Positions 38,291 through 51,271 of a stretch of DNA of 64,000 nt are shown here, in pieces. Each line of letters opens with the position of its first letter. Within the stretch, counting starts at the first letter, position 1. Source of the DNA: Mytilus trossulus (Eukaryota); the NCBI RefSeq assembly GCF_036588685.1, contig NC_086383.1, positions 23,250,001-23,314,000 on the forward strand, written 5' to 3'. The position numbers and the translations under genes are program-made. The notes beneath the pieces are model-generated. The model was not told the origin of the DNA. It saw nothing but the letters and a program-made list of their open reading frames with translations, and searched no databases.

Positions 38291-41200
38291 AAAGAAGAAA
38301 ATATAGAACCTATTTATGTACAAAACAGAATAGAAAAACAGAATCGGTATACAGCAACAAATGGCAACTACTTATATGCAGTCCATGGGCTGTTGACAGG
38401 AACATTTATAATGTGGCGTGTTTAAACATGTTTTTTAGTACCGTCATAGCACGGCATAGGGAAACAAATAAGTTATAGTTATTCCATGAGCACGCGGTGT
38501 GTCATTATAAATCATTTACATATTCGAAAGTGATAACTGTATAACATCCATACTATTCTAGATTAAATGGGGGGAAAACATTTACGCTTCATAAAATCTA
38601 GTTTAAACGCCACACAATCTTTAAAATATACTTTATATATCATTATATAGTATATACCCTTCGTGCGCCCTAGACACAATGATTGAATATGTTAAATCAA
38701 CATTGACTTTTAGTCCAGTCATCCTGGTGTAGATGTTTGAATGCTCAGTCTTCAAAAGTATAAATAGTTCTAAGTTTTATTGCGGATTGGGCATTCCCGC
38801 CAAAATGTTAAAACACAAAGGAAGGTATTCAAAACAATGAAACCCAAACTAGGGTGATCTGGATGGGGTAATGCGGCTCAGATCACCCCAGGTAGAACAA
38901 AAGAGGTTGGATGTAAAGTCAGATGAATTGGTGAAGACAAAGCCAGGAGATTTTTACTTGACCCACCTCATGACGACTTCAGGCCATTACTGTGAATTTT
39001 TGCGTAGTCTAGACCAGAAGATAGTATTACATGACTTACATTTGGTGACTTGGAACCATGTCTACAATTCGTGTTTTTTTTTTTTTTTATGTTGTGTCGT
39101 GTGTACTATTGTTTGTCTGTTTTTGCTTTTCATTTTTAGCCATGGCGTTGTCAGTTTATTTTCGATTTATGAGTTTGACTGTCCCTCTGGTGTCTTTCGT
39201 CCCTCTTTTAAATTAAGTGTGACAAATATAAAAAACCAAAAAAGTCACACGAATTAATTTTTTGTAAATTGAAACCATCATAATGTCGAAAATGAAGTAT
39301 GACGAAGTAAAACAATGGATGTTGTCGAATGACTTATCACTGAATGACTTGATAACCACACATATGTTTGAAACAAAAAAGTTTAAACAAGAAGGTATCG
39401 TCACATGACAACGTTTGGTGACCAGAAATGAAGAGCGATGATAAGTAAAACGAAGAGATGTTGTCACAGGACGTCACACTTAGTGACTTGAAACCCAATT
39501 ATGTGTCTGCATTGGAGTGCGACTAAATTAAAACGACTAGATGTTGATGACCTGATACCAATTAAAACGTTTGAAATGGAGTATGAATAAGTAAAATATC
39601 GTTTTCTATAAAAAAAAAAAAAAAATTCCACAAGAGACAATACGACACATAAATTATTAACAATAGGTCACCTCGCAGACATTAACAATGAGCAATACCC
39701 ATTTTGAATATTCAGCCATTCAAGGCCTCAATATGACAAATGAAAAAACAATTCAAACGAAAACCTAAGGCCGTAATTGATGGACATATTAAAGAACGAA
39801 AAACATCCATGTAACACAGCAACAAACAACAGCCATAGAATTTCTGACTACTTGCTTCGGACAGGCAAACACATTATACATCTATGTTGGTGGAGTTAAC
39901 CTAGTAAAAGCACGCCAAACCCTCCTCCTAACCGGGAACATGTCTAAAATAAACTCAGCATAGCTACCAGGATTAAAAATTTGTTTTTCCGCCAAAACGC
40001 GCGTTTTGGTCTACATAAGACTCATCAGTGGATCCATGTTTTACCAAATACAGATAGGGAATATATTCCGGAAATAGAAAAACCTTATATTTTGGTAAAC
40101 AGTTCATTTATAATTGTTACCATAATCATTGTAACTCATGTCATGTGCTGACTACGGGATAACATTCTTCTAACATGAAACATAACACGTTGTGAAGTGT
40201 TTGTTTATTTACCTTTAAGGGAAATACTTAAAACCAACCATGCGATAATCAATGATGTATAAATACGTAGAAAATTACAGTCACTTTCAAAAAATGAACA
40301 TAAATGTGGTAGCGCTATACTCATTAGTTGAAGTCGTACGGTGACCTATAGTTGTTAATTGCTACCATTTGGTCTCTTGTAGAGAGTTTTCTCACTGGCA
40401 ATCTTACCATATCTTTTTTATATTTTATATAAATGTAGGTTTCTAATTTAAACTCCGAAAGTTAGAACCGCAGTGTTTAGTAATTATTAAATTAACCATT
40501 TGTAACTGTCAAAATAACTTACGCTTGTATTGTAAAGGTTTATTGTTTATTGTTTGAACGAAAAGTTGTTCATAACAGGAGATGTTGTATTTCCATGAAA
40601 AAAAACAATAAAGGGCTTGTTCATACTTGGTAATGACTTCGTTTTATTTTAATAATTCTCAGAAACAAATAAAAGAGGGAAGAATAAAGTTTTTGTTATC
40701 TTATAAATACATCTAAATTTGATGGACAAAAATATTAACATAAAGGAAATGTACACTCAGTTATTGAAATTTTAAACATGATGAAAAAATATGCATACAT
40801 ATTTGTTATTCTTTTACAAATTGTGAATTGGCTGATGAGTTGTATCATTGGCACTCATACCATATTTTCTTATATCCATTGACGCAAAAATAATCGATAA
40901 GATTTGGACGTTATGTTCTGTACCCTTGAATAACGATATTTGTCATATAAGTAACATTATACTTGTGACATAAACAGTAGTGGATTGATTAATTTTCGTA
41001 GGTAAAAATTTTCGTGGATTGAGAAAAACTTGCATTTCCCTGGATATTGGAATTCGTGGTGTACCAAAAGTCTACAGGTTCTCAAACAGCAAATTTTCAA
41101 TTCATTAAACATTTAATTTCAAAGTTTCCCTGTACCCATGAAATTCTCGAAAATTGGCATCCAATGTTTAATAATAATCTTTATTTGTCATATAAGTAAC

Positions 41201-41662
41201 ATTATACTTGTGGCATCCACAGTAGTCTTTTTACCAATTACCAATTCGAGGATGTTACAACATACTCTCTACATGGAGGTATTTTCTTTTGCAGATTATT
41301 TACTCTGTCAATTACCGAGAAAATGAGCTGATACAAAGGCATTTACAATTCAAAGTAATCAAAAAAGGTTTAACCATTTTCTATCAATAATAAATGAAAA
41401 ACTGCTTCAAAAATGTTTATCTTAACAAACAATTAAATTGATGTTATATTTGATATGCAAATAAGGGAAAGGGGTATAAGGTGGGTGGTCAGAAGGATTT
41501 TTTCCAGATTGATCATTTATATACTCCATTTCCTAAGGGAAGCAACTAAACAAACTAGACTACAGAGCCAATTGCGGATTTGTTTTCAACGAGGAAACAA
41601 GCGGCCTAATCTGTACACAAAATTACCAAAAAATATTTTCTTATGAGATTAATATGATCTCA

Positions 41663-42877
41663 TTAATTTCTACACCATAGTTGTTGACTTGATGACCTAA
41701 AGTCCGTATCAAAAACAAAATATATGACAGGATTTACAACAGTGTTAAGAAGATGTCCTCTGTATACACATAAAGCTATGACGTAGTCAACATCACTTAA
41801 ATTATCCCAAAAATTAGCTATAGCAGATTCTATGATCATCATTGCAGATCTAGGGAGATACGAAATACAAAATAGTATTGTAATAAGGAAGAACATCACA
41901 GAGAATCGATGTTTGCGCGTAATAAGACAGACATTTCCGCCATATTTTGATTTTCGTCTTGTTTGGATAGCAGAAGGGACTGCAGATATTTGCCTCCGAG
42001 TATCTGATCCTCCATTTGTGACCTTTTGTTTGTTGGTTAACGTCGTTGAAGTCATTTCTGTGCTGTAGGAATCAGTTTTGTCAACAGAATAATCAGCATC
42101 TGTAAAATTGGATATATCTGTTTGAAATGTATGTCTTGAAGTATGTTGTTCCTTGTCACTTAAAGATTGTTTATTTGGTCTATAGATACTTCTCTTCCTG
42201 AACGGTTCTTGTTTGAATATTATTCGGAGTATTAATGAATATAATATGATGAGTGCGCAAATCCCAGATAAACAAATCAATAGTAACGTGACTGAATTAC
42301 CAAATAGAAAATCTTGATTCACATTTGGCACAGCTGCGCAATTATACCCTATTATTGTTTTGTTCTTACTTTTTAGTAGAACTTCGTCCTTGCCGTACAC
42401 AAATAAACAGGGAACTGATATAATAAATGATGCAATCAAGATGGCCGTAATTGTGAATCGTTTACTGCGCAGGCTCATGGAAGAGTTAACCAGTCGACTG
42501 ATCTTGATATATCGTTGCACAGCAATTGCCAATAGCAACAGAGCTGAGCTAAAGGAAATCGATTGGTGTAAAGTCCACACTAATTTACATATCAAGTCAG
42601 ATCGAAAATTAAATGGATTAAAGTTCATAGAAATCGCAAATGTTGATCCAATGAAACAAGCTATCAAATCAACCAAAGATAAACAAGGAATTCAATATCT
42701 ATCATCCGTTTTTGATTTGAGTTTGAATTTATAAACGACCAAAACAAAACCATTGCCAACGAGACCGGTTATTAGAAACGCAAGTACAAGTACAGTATTC
42801 GGTATCAGTAACTTAACCTTAGCATTGTTTAGTTCTTCCAGACATATATTGCTGTGACTTTCGTTTTTAATCATCAT
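41663..42877 (-). pseudogene. Rhodopsin-class GPCR (copy 2), full length but with one in-frame TGA at codon 62
   Basis: 1215 nt, the same as copy 3. Reads ..DDRY-TGA-IPCLSLVD.. (42692-94) where the paralogues have Phe. All 7 TM helices and the AVQRY, SYLP and NPVIY motifs are intact. Confidence 0.8.
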
Positions 42878-43404
42878 TCTTCTTGGAATCTCGGGAATCT
42901 AAAATTATAGAGTACATATTTTGCGTAAAAAGAACTTTGATGTCAATTTGGGGTTCGTGTTTCTTATTCTTTAGTTTTCTTTGTTGTGTCATTTGTTCTA
43001 TTGTTTGTCTGTTTGTCTTTTAATATTTTTAGGCCGTCGTTGTCAGTTGATTTTCGATTAATGAGTTGACTGTCCATCTGGTATCTTTCGTCCCTCTTTT
43101 ACTTTAGTGTGTTATGTTTGTGTATATACAAGCATACATATTATAGTAGTACTTCTGACAAAATATTTATAGAATTTCAGTCGGTTGATTTTATGTAATA
43201 TAATGATTTTTTTTCTTCTTAATTGTCGGCTCATAGATGTCGTTTTATGTTTAGTGTTTTGTGTGATTTCGCGGTTAAATCATTCGGCACAACACGGTCT
43301 ACTCGAGGGGTCACATTCATTTTGATATCCATACTATTTGATGTTTTGTATCATTCTTTACGAGATTCATTGATTGATTTACGAACGATTGTGTTTCTTG
43401 AAAT

Positions 43405-43815
43405 GTATATATATATATATTTATCAGTACTAAGACGTACTTATGAATATAATTATTTTCTGTGACTGTATCTTACATGAATCTGTAGGATCCTTTACTA
43501 TAGATAATTTAGCTGATCTGTAACAATAACATCTACATGCCTAATATATCATGTACTGTAGTACGCCGCTAGATTAAAACTGACGTGGAAAGGTAACACA
43601 TGCCCACCGAAAGCTTTACTTTTGTGAAGCACAGGTGGTCGTGTGGTCTAGCGGGACGGCTGCAGTGCAGGCGATTTGGTGTCACGATATCACAGTAGCA
43701 TGGGTTCGAATCCTGGCGGGGGAAGTTCCCAAAATTTGCGAAAGCAATTTTACAGATCTAACATTGTTGGGTTGATGTTTAGACGAGTTGTATATATATA
43801 TATATATTTATATAT
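43405..43815 (+). mobile_element. (TA)n-flanked element with an internal tRNA-derived segment (43629-43720)
   Basis: A-box-like tggtcgtgtggtcta, B-box ggttcgaatcc, and a long extra arm gtgtcacgatatcac. TA microsatellites at both ends. The acceptor stem is not convincing. Confidence 0.55.
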
Positions 43816-45504
43816 GATAACGTTTTGAACTGATTCATAATTTGTATATGATAACTATTATTAAATTAGTATTATTTGACCAGCCATCGGCTCTGCCGTG
43901 AGGTATTGTACTTTACTCTTTTTTGTTATTTATTAGAATTAGTATGATTATTATCTGTGATTGGGATATATTGGTGATAATGTAAGCGTACTTTCACTCC
44001 GCCGTGTATTTATTCCGGGTTTTCACTAGAGAATATTGAATGTATATAGAGTGAAAGCATTGTTATTTGTTTATATTAGACCGGTTTATTATTTATATAA
44101 ATAAATGGGTTAAAATTAAATGTTTTTTCAAGGAACCAGTTTAATTAATCTAAGTCAATCTAGTAAATAATATTGATGATGACGAGGAGGAGGATTTTTA
44201 TAAATCAAAATACTTTATCAAAATAACTAGTGCAATCATTCCGGTTCAAAAACACTAGAGTGAACATTCCTTGGATGAAAAATCTCCACTTTTTTATATA
44301 AATCAGCTATGCAAGTTTCAAATACACTAAAACTATTAAGCCACATTTTAAAAATATTTCCCCTTTAAATTTTGTTTGAAACCTTATATTGACTGGTTCG
44401 TGTTTTCCCCTGGACCCGGATAGAAAAACCTAGTGAATTTTTGTTGATGGATGAAAATCACTAGAGATTTTCTTCATCCGAATGAAGTACACTGGCAGAA
44501 TTAAACAACTGTTTCATTAACGGAAGGAGAACATACTCTTCTTCTTGTAACATCATTTTTAGTCGTAGAAATAAGAAAATGTCGATGTATCATGATTTTA
44601 TACAATATACATTTAATGGAGAAAAAAATAAAAACAGTTATTCTAAATTTTCACAACAAAACCTCATTACAAACCTGTCTTAAGTCTGTTTAATTTGTCA
44701 TGTTTGTAGGTTTTATACTTGCTGATGATTATTAAATATATACATACCTTACTCCTTGTTATTCTTTTACTTTTGATATGGATTAAGTTCTTAGAAAAAT
44801 GTATACAATATTAGGTCAATCTCAAAAAGATATTGACTTGGTTTGTATTGGGATTATACGTTGGGGAAACAGCGATAATTACCGAGTCCTAAAGCAGTTT
44901 CGATATGAATACAAACGGGTTGGTATTTTTCTGACATTGACTTAATTCTAATTAATCTTATTTTACTACAGTACATATTTATGAGAAATCTAACACACAA
45001 ATAAAGCTAATGTTCATTCCCTTAACGAACCCCATTTAGAGAAGAAAACGCAAGTGATATGCACTTGACATTGTATGACATACGACTTTGTTACTATATT
45101 TGTTCGATAAAGACACCAGGAAGTCCTTACGCTGCAGAATACAATAGTCTACTGACCTTTACTAAGAATACCCTTTTTTGTCTAGCCCAATCAATTGTTC
45201 GAACTTAGAAAATTGTGATCACTTATTAGATGGTTAAAAAAAAGAAACTGCAAAAGGAGGAAATCTTTTTTATAACTGAAATGATTTTATTTGGTTAACA
45301 ACAATTTAGATATAGTTTTATAATCATCCTTTTTAGATTTAAAAGATGGGAAAAAACTTTCGTATTCTATGTTTTGCTATCCGGTATTACTTTCGTTTAT
45401 TATTATCAAGCTTTTCCTTGATGTACATATGATTTCTTTAGCAGTCCTTTTGTTCACAATAGAAATCTGATTGGTCAAGTGACATTTTATAGAAAATAGA
45501 CAAA

Positions 45505-46215
45505 TCAACAGGCTATCAGAGCGACAGCTAACCGACTTTTTTTAACATTAATTTGTGTGCTGGCATTTTTCAATATCACAAGGCCCATAACTCCATCAAA
45601 GAGGAAATCGTCAATATTATTTAAATTGACCTCAGTAACAACAAATGAAAATGTTAGATGCTTTGATTGAACAGTTCACGAGTTAAGCACATACAAGACT
45701 GGAAACACCATTTTTGAATTTTAATGAACCAGAACTCCTGAACGTTGAACTTGAAGATCGTCAATATCAAATTTGTCCACCATTTTGTCATCAGTTATAA
45801 CATATTGAAATTTTCAAAGTATGTTGAAACGGTTCTTGCGTTACATCACGCATACAATTGGAAACATTATTTTTCAATATTTTAAGAAACGTAAATCCTG
45901 AACGATGAAAGTGAACACCGTCAATATTGAACTTGACCTCCATTTTGTCACCGGTAACAACATAATCAATTTGTTAAAGCTTTAGTTAAACGGTTCATCA
46001 GTTACAGCACAGACACGACTGCAAACAAAATTTTATCATTCTTTTGAGAACTCCTAAACGTTGAAAGTGAAAATCGTCAATATCGAACTTAACTTCCATT
46101 TTGTCATCAATCGGTTCATGAGTAAATCCAAGGACACTATTTGACCGGATGCAAGCCAGTCTGATGCCTGCACGCCCGTCCGCTGTACACCCCAAAAACA
46201 ATAACCGATTTTTTC
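45505..46215 (+). mobile_element. Helentron/HINE-like non-autonomous element with internal tandem repeats of about 155 bp
   Basis: atcgtcaatat..gacctccattttgtcatcag..aacggttc recurs at about 45607, 45757, 45918 and 46073, followed by a gcccgtccgc/ggac-type tail. Confidence 0.55.
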
Positions 46216-46223
46216 TGCGTTAA

Positions 46224-46811
46224 GGTGGCTGGGGTTTCTTAATTCAAATCTATAGAACTTTTTAATAATTTGTCAAAAGGAACTTTTTATCATGCTTCTT
46301 TTCAAAAATATAAGAAATATATGGGTCACCGAACTTTTTTCACGCTATATGATGTGCAACATTGTCATATTTTGTATAGAATATGCATGGAATATCCATT
46401 TTTGTGTGATAAAAAGAAACTTCATGATAAAATTTTAAGATTAAATGTGAAATGATAGCTCTGACTTATGACAAACTTTCAGATAAAAAAAGAAAAAAAT
46501 GAGTTAACCAAACTCATTTTCCTACTTACTATTATGCAGATTTATCTGACTTATCTTCGAAATTACTTTATCTGACTTATCTTCCCTGATATTGGCAAAA
46601 TTTGAAAAAAATTAATCAAACACAAATACGGTGTTTTTGTTAGACATTACAGCCGTTAATACTATAAAAGACATAGTTTTCTTTATTTTCATCAAAATTT
46701 TTACACATAAATTACAGACCACTATCAATATTGGCACATTTCATTTAAGATCTAAACCTAATGTGATCTGCTACCTAAAAATCAAAAATGGAGGGAGACA
46801 CCTGAGCCACC
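46224..46811. mobile_element. Kolobok-like MITE
   Basis: ttaa|ggtggctggggtttct ... agacacctgagccacc|ttag. Confidence 0.65.
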
Positions 46812-49800
46812 TTAGCAAAGTTAAATACGGAATAAAGATTCACAAAAAATAAGGCAGTGGTAACAGCCTTGAACTTAATAATTGAAACGGCTTGATACAT
46901 TTCAATTTTTTTTTAAAATGTATACACGAAAACGAATCCGTTTTTCCGTAGATAAAAAATAAAATAATATGACGTCCTTATTACGCTTTGTTAACAAAGC
47001 CGTGTTCTAATGAGCACAAAAAAATATGTTTAACACATGCGCACGGACTTACTTTTTATATTAACGTTATTTCCATCGTTATCTTTTTAAATATTTACAT
47101 TGAAGCAGCTAACATAAACTGTTATTATATATTTTTATCAAACAACATATATTTGCCCTGCTCGTAGTTTTTAAACTTATCAAAAACTGTAATATACAGA
47201 CTCCTCGGGGAGGACACGGGAATAGCCAAACATTCTTACGGTATTTTCGTACGCTTCGACCTATACATATATTGTATTTGTCATATAAGAATCGAAATAA
47301 TTTCTTCATGTCATGCTCTATGATCATTTTAACATGGGTAGGCATTATATTTGACCACATTTTACACATCGCTAACGCTCAGTGTAAAATATCAACAAAT
47401 AAAATCCCTACCCATATTAAAATGAGCATAAAGCATGACATAAAGGAACTATTTCTTTAATAAAAAATATAGTATGCTTGACATTAAACATTTTTCAACC
47501 GAAATCAAAAGAGAGGAAGGATACCAAATTGATAGTTAAGCTGAAATTAAAACAAGACTGATATTACAAAATACAAAAACAAAAGATGACCAACGAAAGC
47601 TTACAAAGCACTACAAAAAAAAACACTGAACAACACGAACCTCACCAATCTTCGTGGATAAAATCAGATGCATAGATGTTTCGAAAGAACAAAGAGTAAA
47701 ATAATTTATAAAACTACCGTACTCCAATGAAAATTTTACACAGAAAATCCATAAACAAATGTCAATTTCGTTAAGTATATCCTGCAAATCCAGCGCATGT
47801 GAGACATGTGTTGATAGTGCAAGTAAACACAGCGGTAATAAGTCTATATCGATTGGTCTTATTCGATGGAAAAAGGACGGTATCGGGACTAAAAAAATTG
47901 GAACACATTCATCATATAGCATTTACCATCTTAAGATCACCTGGTGACCTACAATAATGAGTAACTCATATTTAGCATTGTCGACTTTAATAATACCTTC
48001 CATGTCCAATGTTAATCAACAATGATCAAGTAGAACAAGACAAAAATACTAAACATTTACCAAAAACGGTAAAGGTAACGGTTTACAAACGACAACCACT
48101 TTATCACGTCTACTACTAGTGGGTTTTCTATGTTTAAGTCGATGTCACTGCTTGCGATGTTGTATGCCATGAGGATATCAATAGCCCAGAAGTCAGCAAT
48201 TATGTGTTCACATGAATTATCATTGAAATGGTCATAATTATACATTGACTTTTAATTTTTGAAATACTTACGCTTTCTATCTCATAAATAGATTACATGT
48301 ACCTTAGCTGTATTAATAGGAATTTTTGGTCCTCAATGCTCGTATTTTGTTTTGTTTTGTTACCCTTTTATTAGTCAAGCGTCACCGCTGAGTGTTTAGT
48401 AGACGATACGCGTGTACAGCAAATATAAAATTCAAATTCTGATATATATGATGAGCTTATTAACACTTTCCCTTTTTTAACATACTTCGCGCAATAAAAT
48501 GTAACAATGAATATATGTAATATAAAACTGTGTATTTGTGAGACAGCTTTTTAGATAACACTATTGTAGCCGGTGCTCTCTACTGATTGGATGATAATGT
48601 ATGTATTGGATATCTTGATGTAAGATGGATTACATAAATGATGACCTACATAAGAAAATACCTGTACCAAGTCTGGAATATGACAGTTGTTATCTATTCG
48701 TTTGGTGTGATTGAGCTTTGGATTTTGTCATTTGATTAGGGACTTTCCGTTTTGTTCTACAATTCTGCAAAGCTTTTGGTCTGTTGTCTGCTCTTTGATA
48801 TGGATGTTGTCTCTTTGACATATTCCCAATTTTCATTTGAATGAACCAAACAATCCGCATCACCATATGTTTTGATTGATAATAGAAATGTGGCTGAAAA
48901 AAAAAAATATAAACATTACAGTCAATGGGAGATGTTTGATACTTTTTTGGTTTGGGCGTCACTGATGAGTCTTATGAAGAAGAAACTTTCGAGCGTACAT
49001 TTTTTTTTTTTATTTTGGTATCTAATTTCAGTTTATTCTTATGATCCCATGTTGAACCTACGTTAGTATTAAAAACCAGATTTATACCAGTTTTAAGAAG
49101 ATGTCTTCGTAGAAACATCAAGCTTATTTAAAATGTAAACATACAAATAATACAAATTAGCTTCCCCTAAGCAAAATCCACATAGAGTAAAAACAATTAA
49201 GTGAAATGATATAGGCATTCAAATGAAACAGGGAAGAATACAGTTAGTAATTATTTTAAATACAATTAGATAAGCTTGTGAAAGATATTGTACACTTAGT
49301 TATAGAAAAGTATATCTTGACGATAAAGTATACATACAAACCGGACGCAAACAATGGAGATTGAGAAAGATTTGGACTATTTGATCTGAACAGTTGAATA
49401 AAGAAAAAAATATTTACTATGGTAATATTCTATTTGCCACTTAGCGATTTTAATCATTTCACACTCTTAGCACAGATTTATTTCTTTGCAAATTATTATC
49501 TTTGTCAATTCTCGACAAAGTGGTCTGATACAAATTTATTTTAAGTTGAAAGTGAAAAAAAAAAAGGTTTTAATCAATTTTTTTTAATGAAAGAAAAACT
49601 GTAACTGTTTTGTTCACCTTAGCTTACGATTAAATGGAATAAAAAAATAACTTTGAAATTCTGGACGAGAAAAAAAAGGGGCGGGAGGACTTTTTCGGAT
49701 TGATAATTTATTTAATTCGTTTCCTAAAGGAAGAAACTAATTAAGAAACCTCTTATTACAGAGCCAAAAAACAGCGAAAAAACAACGGCCTGTTCTGTAT

Positions 49801-49880
49801 ACCAAACATTAACAAAAAACTAGTATACAAAATATTAATTTGAAAAACAAAGTATAGCCACAATCAAATTGATATAAAAA

Positions 49881-49995
49881 GAAATCGATTGATGTAAAAA
49901 CCAGATTAATTTACATGTTAAATCACTTCGAAAATTAAATGGATCAAAGTTCATAGAAATCGCATGTGTTGCTCTAATGCTACACGCTATCATAT
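49881..49995 (-). pseudogene. 115-bp GPCR TM2-TM3 coding fragment just downstream of copy 3
   Basis: Translates as MIACSIRATHAISMNFDPFNFRSDLTCKLIWFLHQSIS. Confidence 0.9.
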
Positions 49996-50056
49996 GATAT
50001 ACAGCAAAAATAGATATAGAAATATATTTTCTTATCCTTACGAGATTTATATAGTC

Positions 50057-51271
50057 TCATTCATTTCTACAACATAGTCGTTGACATGATGACCTAAAGT
50101 CAGTATCAAAAACAAAATATATTATAGGATTTACAATAGTATTGAGAAGATGTCCTCTATAAACACATAAAGCTATGACGTAGTCCACATCTGTTAAATT
50201 GTCCCAGAAATTATCTATAACAGATTCTATGATCATCAGTGCAATTCTTGGAAGATAAGAAATACAAAATAGTATTGTTATAAGGAAGAACATAAAAGAG
50301 AATCGATGTTTGTGCTTGAAACGGGAGAGATTTCTAAACAATTTCGATTTTCGTCTTGTTTGGATTACAAACGGAACGGTAGAGTACTTCCGCTTGATAT
50401 CTGGTCCTGATTGCATGGTCTCATGTGTGTTGTTTGCGTGTGTTAAATCAATCTGTGTGGTGTGGGGTTCCGATTTGTCGACAGAGTAATCGTCATCTGT
50501 AATATTTGATAACTCTGTTTGAATTGTATTTCCTATACTATGTTGTTCATTGTCGTTTAAAGGGTGTTTATTTGGTTTTTTAAAACTTCTCTTCCGGAAC
50601 GATTCATGTTTGAATATTGTACGAAGTATCAATGAATATAATATGATGACTGCAAAAATCCCAGACAAACACATTAATAGTAATATAACGGAATAACTAA
50701 ACAGAAAATTCTGATTCACATTTGGCACAGCTCCGCAATTATATCCCGTAATTGTTCTGTTTTCGTTTTTCAATAGAAGCTCGTCTTCGCCGTACAAAAC
50801 CAAACAGGGTACTGATATAACAGTTGATCCAATCAAGATTGATAAAATAGTCATTCGTTTACTGCGCAGACTCATAGAAGAATTCACTAGTCGACTGACC
50901 TTGATATATCGTTGTACAGCAATTGCCAATAGCATCAGAGCCGAGCTAAAGGTAATTGATTGCTGAAAAAACCAGACTAACTTACATATTAAATCACTTC
51001 GAAAATTAAATGGATTAAAGTTCATAGAAATCGCATATGTTGCTCCAATGCTACAAGCTATCATATCGACTAAAGATAAACATGGAATGAAATACCTATC
51101 ATCCGATTTTGATTTAAGTTTAAATCTATAAACGAACAAAACTAAACCATTACCAACAACACCAGTGATTAGAAACACAAATACAAGTACAGTGTTTGGT
51201 ATCAATAACTGAACCTTAGCATTGTTAAGTTCTTCCAAATACATGTTGCTGTGACTTGAGTTTGACATCAT
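50057..51271 (-). CDS. Class A (rhodopsin-like) orphan GPCR, 404 aa, single coding exon (peptide-receptor-like)
   Basis: Seven hydrophobic segments. TM1 GN, TM2 LSLVD, ECL1/TM3 Cys (ICK), AVQRY in place of DRY, ECL2 YNC, TM6 SYLP, TM7 NPIIY, N-terminal NSS sequon, C-terminal CC. Acceptor tttcag 24 nt upstream of the ATG. Confidence 0.95.
   Translation of the reverse strand: MMSNSSHSNMYLEELNNAKVQLLIPNTVLVFVFLITGVVGNGLVLFVYRFKLKSKSDDRYFIPCLSLVDMIACSIGATYAISMNFNPFNFRSDLICKLVWFFQQSITFSSALMLLAIAVQRYIKVSRLVNSSMSLRSKRMTILSILIGSTVISVPCLVLYGEDELLLKNENRTITGYNCGAVPNVNQNFLFSYSVILLLMCLSGIFAVIILYSLILRTIFKHESFRKRSFKKPNKHPLNDNEQHSIGNTIQTELSNITDDDYSVDKSEPHTTQIDLTHANNTHETMQSGPDIKRKYSTVPFVIQTRRKSKLFRNLSRFKHKHRFSFMFFLITILFCISYLPRIALMIIESVIDNFWDNLTDVDYVIALCVYRGHLLNTIVNPIIYFVFDTDFRSSCQRLCCRNE

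Noticed and set aside
41832-42734. + strand ORFs (78 and 124 aa; also 31355-31546)
   Set aside because: Antisense shadows of the GPCR coding sequences.
43629-43720. Functional tRNA gene
   Set aside because: The acceptor and anticodon stems do not pair convincingly, and it is embedded in a repeat-like element.
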